Source: Gemmatimonadota bacterium (GTDB lineage Bacteria; Gemmatimonadota; Gemmatimonadetes; Gemmatimonadales; GWC2-71-9). Taken from it: DNA of 16,355 nucleotides. Positions 1 through 6,300 of the stretch are shown here, piece by piece. Location of the stretch: NCBI GenBank assembly GCA_039586365.1, contig JBDHKN010000099.1, forward strand, positions 1 through 16,355, given 5' to 3'. A program made the position numbers and the translations under genes. Every line of letters begins with the position of its first letter. The stretch's first letter is position 1. Below the pieces are notes generated by a model, which saw nothing but the letters and a program-made list of their open reading frames with translations, was not told the DNA's origin and made no database searches.

Positions 1-1
1 C

Positions 2-250
2 GCCGATGCAGAGGCCGACACGACCCTCAGGCTCCACGACCTGAGGCACGCCTGCGCTCAGTGGCTGATCGACGCCGGACGCCCCGAGGCCAGCGTGCAA
101 CGCACACTGAGACATGCGAACGCCAGCATGACCCGTCGCTACGCAGAACAGCGAGACCGGGGCCAGGACGCCAGGGCAATGGCCGAAATCCTGGTCCCAC
201 AGTCTGTCCCACAGTCAGATGATCAGGCCGAAAACGTGAGGAGCGCCTAA
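2..250 (+). CDS. Tyrosine recombinase/integrase, C-terminal part (5' end outside the window)
   Basis: Manual translation of frame 2 (absent from the ORF track): ADAEADTTLRLHDLRHACAQWLIDAGRPEASVQRTLRHANASMTRRYAEQRDRG...NVRSA*. Shows the HxLRH box, an LRH variant of the LGH motif and the MTxRY catalytic tyrosine. Stop TAA at 248-250, 33 bp from a tRNA 3' end. Confidence 0.9.
   Translation, partial: ADAEADTTLRLHDLRHACAQWLIDAGRPEASVQRTLRHANASMTRRYAEQRDRGQDARAMAEILVPQSVPQSDDQAENVRSA
194..216. repeat. Tandem 11 bp direct repeat GTCCCACAGTC x2 (12 bp period), candidate integrase arm-type sites
   Basis: gtcccacagtc at 194-204 and 206-216, inside the integrase 3' end and about 70 bp from the tRNA 3' end. 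The arm-site role is inferred from position only. Confidence 0.5.
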
Positions 251-283
251 ACCGCAAGCGCGTGATATTTGGGAGGTTAGGAA

Positions 284-356
284 TGGGCCCTGTAGGATTT
301 GAACCTACGACCGACGGATTATGAGTCCGCTGCTCTAACCACTGAGCTAAGGGCCC
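284..356 (-). tRNA. tRNA with CAT anticodon, most likely tRNA-Ile2 (lysidine type); CCA not encoded
   Basis: Reverse complement GGGCCCTTAGCTCAGTGGTTAGAGCAGCGGACTCATAATCCGTCGGTCGTAGGTTCAAATCCTACAGGGCCCA folds as a cloverleaf: acceptor GGGCCCT/AGGGCCC, anticodon loop CT-CAT-AA, T arm GTAGG-TTCAAAT-CCTAC. It has a paired G1-C72 and no run of three G-C pairs in the anticodon stem, so it is not an initiator tRNA. The D arm and acceptor resemble ileX-type tRNAs. Confidence 0.93.
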
Positions 357-368
357 GTGAGTGTTGGA

Positions 369-397
369 AATATCGTGATAAGTATCAGGTGTGACAA
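369..397 (-). promoter_or_regulatory. Putative sigma70 promoter for the tRNA
   Basis: Minus strand TTGTCA (397-392), 17 bp spacer, GATATT (374-369), ending 12 nt before the tRNA 5' end. The spacer holds a small palindrome TGATA-AG-TATCA (376-387). Confidence 0.5.
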
Positions 398-462
398 CGG
401 GTTGTGGTTCAGCCGAAATGTTTAGGCTGTCCTTACAATTCGGCGCCCTCACAGGTGACCTC

Positions 463-482
463 GTAACATATCCTGTAACGTC
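463..482. repeat. Copy 1 of a 20 bp imperfect direct repeat (copy 2 at 961-980)
   Basis: gtaacatatcctgtaacgtc versus gtaagacatcatgtaacgtc, 17/20 identical. Confidence 0.6.
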
Positions 483-489
483 TCCATCG

Positions 490-513
490 CCACTAAGATG
501 GCCATCTTAGTGG
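490..513. repeat. Perfect 24 bp palindrome
   Basis: CCACTAAGATGG|CCATCTTAGTGG, no spacer. Confidence 0.9.
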
Positions 514-567
514 TATCGGTTCCCCGTCCGTTCACCCACTGGTTCCACCACCAGTTACACGATGGCA

Positions 568-623
568 CCGTTGGCCTACCATAAGTTGTTGTGGTGCTAG
601 AAGATAGATCGGTAGGCCAACGG
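568..623. repeat. 13 bp perfect inverted repeat with a 30 bp spacer
   Basis: CCGTTGGCCTACC (568-580) and GGTAGGCCAACGG (611-623) flank the AT-richer ataagttgttgtggtgctagaagatagatc. Confidence 0.85.
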
Positions 624-748
624 ACTACGTATCCGGTGTGAGGCCGTTGTCGGTCGTTCCAAGACGGGTAGGCTTGCAGCGTTAGAATGTTGACGGTTCT
701 TTGACTCCTACGGGCTAACGTTATGGTCGGCCAGGCTTGGAGGATTCC

Positions 749-964
749 GTGACTCGGACGCGAACGGTGTTCTGGACGCTGGTACTCAGCGTGATGTTTG
801 CTGCACCCACGACCACAGGATGCAGAGACACGACGGCCCCCAGGATCATCTGCTTGGAGAGGGGTGAGATATGCGACGGTTGGGCAGACGATGAACCCAG
901 GCCTTGCTGTCGCGGTCTCAGATGTTTCGACCCAGACGATTATTGGTTCGATCGCTGTTTGTAA
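749..964 (+). CDS. Small secreted lipoprotein with a knottin-like (C-C-CC-C-C) cysteine-rich domain, 71 aa
   Basis: GGAGG at 739-743 lies 5 nt before GTG 749, so this start is preferred over TTG 737. Basic N-terminus, hydrophobic stretch and a TTG-C lipobox-like site, followed by CLERGEIC-DGWADDEPRP-CC-RGLR-C-FDPDDYWFDR-CL. Confidence 0.75.
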   Translation: MTRTRTVFWTLVLSVMFAAPTTTGCRDTTAPRIICLERGEICDGWADDEPRPCCRGLRCFDPDDYWFDRCL

Positions 965-980
965 GACATCATGTAACGTC
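961..980. repeat. Copy 2 of the 20 bp imperfect direct repeat, overlapping the stop codon of the knottin-like gene
   Basis: gtaagacatcatgtaacgtc, with internal dyad GACAT-N6-ACGTC. Confidence 0.6.
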
Positions 981-1018
981 CACTCGGAATTGCTTGGTAC
1001 AGCTTGTACGACTCGGGG

Positions 1019-1050
1019 CTGCTTGTACTGGCAAGTGTACGAGCAGTATT
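1019..1050 (+). terminator. Possible hairpin or weak terminator after the small lipoprotein gene
   Basis: CTGCTTGTAC (1019-1028) pairs with GTACGAGCAG (1037-1046), one G-U pair. Only TATT follows, so the U-tract is poor. Confidence 0.3.
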
Positions 1051-1091
1051 GACTTGTGCTGAGTAGTGTTGAGTGTTGGCGAGCCCGGGTA

Positions 1092-1132
1092 GGATTATGA
1101 GTCCGCTGCTCTAACCACTGAGCTAAGGGCCC
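1092..1132 (-). pseudogene. Partial tRNA copy (5' 41 nt, through most of the anticodon arm); att-like repeat
   Basis: ggattatgagtccgctgctctaaccactgagctaagggccc is identical to 316-356. No T arm follows. Confidence 0.85.
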
Positions 1133-1434
1133 TCGGTGTTGCGATACAGCTGCGGCGCACGTGGTGACGTCCTCTAGTATGAATCAGGCCCGCCATATTG
1201 GTCAAAACCGGGTCGGTGCTGGGCCGCCGCGTCTGGAGGCGGCGTTCGGCACGGCCGACTCCGGGACCCTGAAAGCACGTTCGGTACACCTGCGGAACCG
1301 TCGCCCCACGCAGCCGCTCAGCCAGAGCGTATTGGTCATGTGAAGCTGCGGTCGGTTCCCTGTTACGACGGCCCGCAATATGCACTAAATTTGCCGTCAT
1401 GTGGTCGTGATGCAGCAGGGTGGAGGTCAAGTCC

Positions 1435-3036
1435 ATGAAAGAAAGAACCAGCGACGAGAAGCTCGCCCCCGTGTGGAGAACCCCGCGCCGCGGCCGCAAG
1501 GCTGTCGATTTGCCGGGTCAGAAACCTGACTCCGGTTCGACTCGGCCCAAGTCCGAGCCTACTCAAGCTGAGCGACCAGTCGAGCGGCATGAACTCGAGG
1601 CTAGGATCGAGAGCCTCACGGCCGAGACGGCGAAGCTCAAGCGTGCGCTAGGGCCGCTCGCCCGATTCAGAACCGTCATCGATCAGGCGGATGAGGCCAT
1701 CTTCGTGATCGATCCCAAGACAGACCGCTTCATCGATGCCAATCAAACGGCGCTGAGATGGCTCGGGCGGGAGCGCAAAGACCTTCTCACGCTCACAATC
1801 CACGACGTGGCCGTTGAGTTCCCCCTGGGATACCCAGAGGCTCAGGCAGCCCTGATCACGGACAAGCGGAACTTCCAGCGGCCGTATGTGTGCGGCAGAG
1901 TGCACCGTCGCCGAGACGGCTCTTCTTTCCCTGTCGAAGTCGCAGTGGCATCACGCCGTTTCGGAGAGCGCACCTATACGCTGGTGGTTGCTCGCGAGAG
2001 TAGGCGGCACCGCAAGGTCGAAAGGGCAATGCGTGAGGCGGAAGACAGATACTACACGCTGTTCAATCTCACGCAGGAGGCCGTTTATCTCACCACACGG
2101 GGCGGTCGCATCTGCGACGTGAACGAGGCCGCCATCGAGCTATTGGGATACGCTCGAGAGGAGCTGATCGAGCTTCAAGCTGGCAAATTGTATTCAGAAG
2201 TGCCGGATACTCGCCGGATCAAGGCGGGCCTGAAAGCAAACGGATTCGTGCGAGACATCTCCGTTCGGCTCCGCGCGAAGGATGGCTCCTCGATCGATGG
2301 CCTCCTGTCGGTGTCTCCCCGACGCTCGGGAGGTGAAGCCGTCGGCGGATACCAATGCATCGTACGACCGGTGAACCACGGCCCGTCGGAGCAACCCACG
2401 CTAGTGCTAGAGTCGATCGACGTGGCGCCTAAGCCAGCTACCAGTCGGGCGGCAGCAACCGAGACTGGTGCTCCCGAGGCTGAGCCACGTCAGATCCCTG
2501 GCTTGTCGGGTGAGGTTGGGACACGCAAGCGGGGCGAATTGGAGGTTGGCAAACGGACCCAGCCGAAGTACCAACCGTCCCCAGCGTTCGATTCGGCTCC
2601 AAAGTGGCATCACAAACCGTGGACTCTGGTGGTCGTCCTCGGTGCAGTCGTGGCTCTGTTCGGCTGGACCGACCTAGTGGCGCTCACATACCCCTACAAC
2701 GCTGGCCTCCCGGAATGGCAACTGACAGTGCGGCTGCTGGCGCTGATTCTGCTGGCCCTTGGCGTTGCCGGCCAGGCGTGGTGGCGCACGGCGAGGGGAG
2801 TGGCAATTGGTCTCTCACTACTCGGCCTCACATTGTTGGTGGTGTATATCAACTACGTGAGAGGCTTCCCGTTCGAACTCAGGGACGCAGTACCAGATAC
2901 ACAGCCGCAGCTCGTCACCGCTATCATTGGAGCTTCGGGCTTCGCCCTGGCACTACTCCTCTTCTGCGGTTGGGTATCCTGGCGTCTGTGGACCGGTGTA
3001 CGCCCGGAGCAAACCCACCCGCGGGTGATAATGTGA
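1435..3036 (+). CDS. PAS domain S-box protein: coiled coil, two PAS-PAC domains, linker, four C-terminal TM helices
   Basis: GGAGG at 1422-1426 precedes ATG 1435. PAS1: RFRTVIDQADEAIFVID...DANQTALRWLG...RRRDGSSFPVEV. PAS2: RYYTLFNLTQEAVYLTTRGGRICDVNEAAIELLGYAREEL...LRAKDGS. Four hydrophobic segments in the last ~140 aa. Confidence 0.85.
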   Translation: MKERTSDEKLAPVWRTPRRGRKAVDLPGQKPDSGSTRPKSEPTQAERPVERHELEARIESLTAETAKLKRALGPLARFRTVIDQADEAIFVIDPKTDRFIDANQTALRWLGRERKDLLTLTIHDVAVEFPLGYPEAQAALITDKRNFQRPYVCGRVHRRRDGSSFPVEVAVASRRFGERTYTLVVARESRRHRKVERAMREAEDRYYTLFNLTQEAVYLTTRGGRICDVNEAAIELLGYAREELIELQAGKLYSEVPDTRRIKAGLKANGFVRDISVRLRAKDGSSIDGLLSVSPRRSGGEAVGGYQCIVRPVNHGPSEQPTLVLESIDVAPKPATSRAAATETGAPEAEPRQIPGLSGEVGTRKRGELEVGKRTQPKYQPSPAFDSAPKWHHKPWTLVVVLGAVVALFGWTDLVALTYPYNAGLPEWQLTVRLLALILLALGVAGQAWWRTARGVAIGLSLLGLTLLVVYINYVRGFPFELRDAVPDTQPQLVTAIIGASGFALALLLFCGWVSWRLWTGVRPEQTHPRVIM

Positions 3037-3388
3037 ACTGGGGCGGCTGCGGCCTCCTCATGTCCGGCCATACCCGCTGACCAGGTCAGCTCTGCAGCAC
3101 GCCCAGCGCTCTCAGGCCCACGGGCGCTGGCCTGAACGCAACGTCCACCCCAGACACTTCCCTCCCAACAACCGTAGCATCCATGCAACACTCCTGTGGC
3201 ATATCGTGCCACCCAGAACCGGCCAGCTCCGCCCTGTGAGATCGTATCTCCAACAAATCAATAGGGATGCGGCTCGTTCCGGGTTACTGACACCGGAACC
3301 GCCCATGCGTATGGACCTTGCCAACCTGATGTGAAATGGCATTGCGGTTGTGCCTGCCTAAGTAGAAACGTCGAGTCGGGGATCAACA

Positions 3389-6300
3389 ATGCGCACATAT
3401 GAGAGCGCCCGCTGGCCCAGAGCCCTGCGGGTTCTGATAATTCTCGCAGTAGCGGCTTGCGGTGATGGTCCAAGCATCGTAGGCCCAGAACCGGAACACC
3501 TCGCTTTCAGCGTACAACCCTCCGACCAGACCGCCGGGTCTTCGATTCAACCTGCGATCAAAGTGACCGTACAGGATGCCGGAGGATTTCGGGTAACCGA
3601 TGCGACCATGCGGGTCACCCTACAGTTGGCGTCGAATCCCGGTAACGCCGTTCTCACGGGGACGGTGGCGGTGAATGCCGTGGGCGGCGTGGCAACTTTC
3701 GCAGACGTGTCGATCGACAAGGTAGCGAGCGGGTACACGCTCTCCGCGAGTGCGCCCGCCGTGAGCGGTGCGACGAGCGAACCGTTCGCCATCGCCGCCG
3801 GAGGACCTGCCCAACTCGTCTTCACGAGCAACCCCAGCGATGTGACGGCAGGTCAAGTGATCATGCCACCCGTCGAGGTGACCGTGCAGGACGCTTTCGG
3901 CAACGTGGCAGCTGGTGCCCCAATCGACGTTACACTCGAACTCGCGGGACCTAGCCCCAATGCGCCGCAGCAAGTCAGCGAGTCCAGCGAAGCAGCCAGC
4001 AGCAGCGTCGCAGCGACCCCGGCGGCCGGTGCGGCTGCCGACGAGCCCACGCTCCACGGGAACACGACCGTCACAGCGATCAGCGGGGTTGCCACCTTCG
4101 ACGATCTGTGGATTGACGGGGCTGCCAGCGGTTACACGCTCAGGGCCCTGGCGGGCGGACTGACCAGCGGGTCCAGCGCATCCTTCACCACCACCCCGGC
4201 CGCACCGGTGCAGATCGGCTTCGAGACTCAGCCGAGTGATGGAATCGCCGCCGCACCGATCCCACCTGTCCAGGTGGCGATACAGGACAGGTTCGGCAAT
4301 GCGGTCACCACGACATCGGGCTCTGCGACAGTGGTGCTCGCCGCCAACCCGGGTGGCGCCACTCTGTCGGGCACTCTGACCAGGACCATCATCAACGGTG
4401 TGGCGACGTTCGACGACCTCTCCCTCGAGAAGGTGGCCAGCGGATACACCCTGACAGCCACGGTCTCCGGTTACAACGACGTCACAAGTGATCCCTTTGC
4501 GATCGGAGCCGGTGAGGCTACCCAACTCAGATTCCGGACTCAGCCGAGCGATGCGGACGCATTCATTCCCATAGCGCCGCCCATCGAGGTCGAATTCCTT
4601 GACAGTTTCGGCAACCCGCTCACTACTGCATCTCAATTCGTCACGCTTGCTATGGGCAGCAACCCGGGTGGCGGCTCACTCTCGGGAATCAAGACAGTGG
4701 CCCCGGTGAATGGCGTCGCGACCTTCAACAACGTCTGGATCGACATGCCGGCGTCCGGCTACACGTTGCAGGCGAGTGCCACCGGCCTCGTTGGCGCAAC
4801 AAGCAACGCTTTCACCATCAGCGAGGGCAGAGCAACACAGCTGGGATTCAGGACTCAGCCGAGTGATGCGCTCGCGGGTGTGGCAATCGCGCCCCCGATT
4901 CAAGTGGGCATCCACGACGCCATGGGCAACCTACTCGCCACCGCTAACCAGGCCGTTACGGTAGCGATCGACTCGAACCCCGGGGGCGGCGTACTCTCGG
5001 GCACCGCGACGGTGAGCGCCGTGGGCGGGATAGCTACGTTCAGCGACCTCCAGATCGACCAGGCAGCGGCAGGCTACTCGCTATCCGCTACCACCAGCGG
5101 GCTCACCGGAGCGACCAGCAATCTGTTCGACATAACGGCGGGGCCTGCAACGCGATATGTGATTCTCGATCCCCCCGACGGCATCGTGGGTGTGCCGATC
5201 CTGGTCACGGTGCAGGCCCAGGATCAATTCGGTAACGTGGCGACCGGGGAAAACCGCGGCGTGACACTGCTGCCCACGGGCTCCGCCGACGGTGGCTTCG
5301 TGTTCATCACGAACGGTACGGGCACTGTGCTGGTCGAAGACCAGGTGGCCGAGACTGTCACTCTCAGGCTGGCGGACACGGAAGGCACTAACCTCGACGT
5401 GAGCTCGACCCAGTCTGTCACCTTCGCTCCCGCCGGGGCGACGCAGTATGTGATAGTTGATCCGACCGATGGAATGATCCGGACCCCCATCACTATCACG
5501 GTGCAGGCCCAGGATCAATACGGCAACCTGGTAGCTGCGGAGAATCGCGATGTGACGCTGGCGGTCTCCGGCTCGGCCACCGGTGGCGGCCTGGTGGATA
5601 TCCAGAACGGGGTCGGAACGATCGATATCAACGATCAGGTGCCGGAGACGGTCACCCTCACGCTGCAGGACACCGAGGGCACCGGGCTCGATGTCAGCTC
5701 AACCCAGGACGTTGTGTTCACGTCCAGCACAGCGACCCGAATAGAGATCTTAGATCCAACCGACGGGACGGTTGACGCACCGGTCCTGGTTGTGCTGCGA
5801 GCAATGGACGAGTTTGGCAACGTGGCCACTGGGGAGAACCGCGGTGTCACCATGCTGGCGTCAGGTTCAGCGGTCGGTGGGTTCGTGAATTTCACGAGCG
5901 GCGTGGGCACGTTATTGCTGTACGATGACGTAGCTGAGACGGTTACGCTCTCGCTGGTGGACACGGAACTGACGGGCCTGGATGTGAGCTCGACCCAGAA
6001 TGTGGTGTTTGCCCCTGGGGCGGTCACACAGTACGTGATACTGGACCCGGCCGATGGGGTGATCGAGAGTCCGATCACCGTCACGGTGCAGGCCCAGGAT
6101 CAGTATGGCAATCTCGTCCCCAGTGAGAATCGCGATGTGACGCTGGTGGCCTCCGGCTCGGCCACCGGCGGCGGCCTGGTGAACATCCAAAATGGCGTCG
6201 GCACGCGAAACATCACTGACGCGGTGCCGGAAACGGTCACGCTCTCGCTATCGGACACGGAGAGCACGGGGCTGAATGTTAGCTCGACGCAGACCGTGGT

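Larger units (their letters stand above)
316..1132. mobile_element. Small integrated segment or island remnant bounded by 41 bp direct repeats of the tRNA 5' half
   Basis: 316-356 is identical to 1092-1132. The enclosed ~735 bp has one small gene, several repeats and no recombinase of its own. Confidence 0.55.

Noticed and set aside
284..356. Calling the tRNA initiator or elongator Met
   Set aside because: Initiator features are absent and the sequence is closer to Ile2-type tRNAs. Elongator Met cannot be fully excluded without isotype-specific models.
27..452. 141 aa minus-strand ORF
   Set aside because: It reads through the tRNA and antisense to the integrase; the GPLAQWLEQRTHNP stretch is translated tRNA.
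679..728. Integron attC-like GTTAG and GCTAAC motifs before the small gene
   Set aside because: No properly ordered RYYYAAC...GTTRRRY pair with a paired stem, and the visible integrase fragment gives no evidence of being IntI.
1380..1395. Sigma54-like ATGCAC-N5-TTGC upstream of the PAS gene (and TGGCAT-N5-TTGT near 3337)
   Set aside because: Each lacks one of the invariant dinucleotides (-24 GG or -12 GC).
1095..1590. ORFs 1095-1499, 1161-1343 and 1363-1590
   Set aside because: No recognisable motifs or ribosome-binding sites; two of them overlap the tRNA fragment or the PAS gene.
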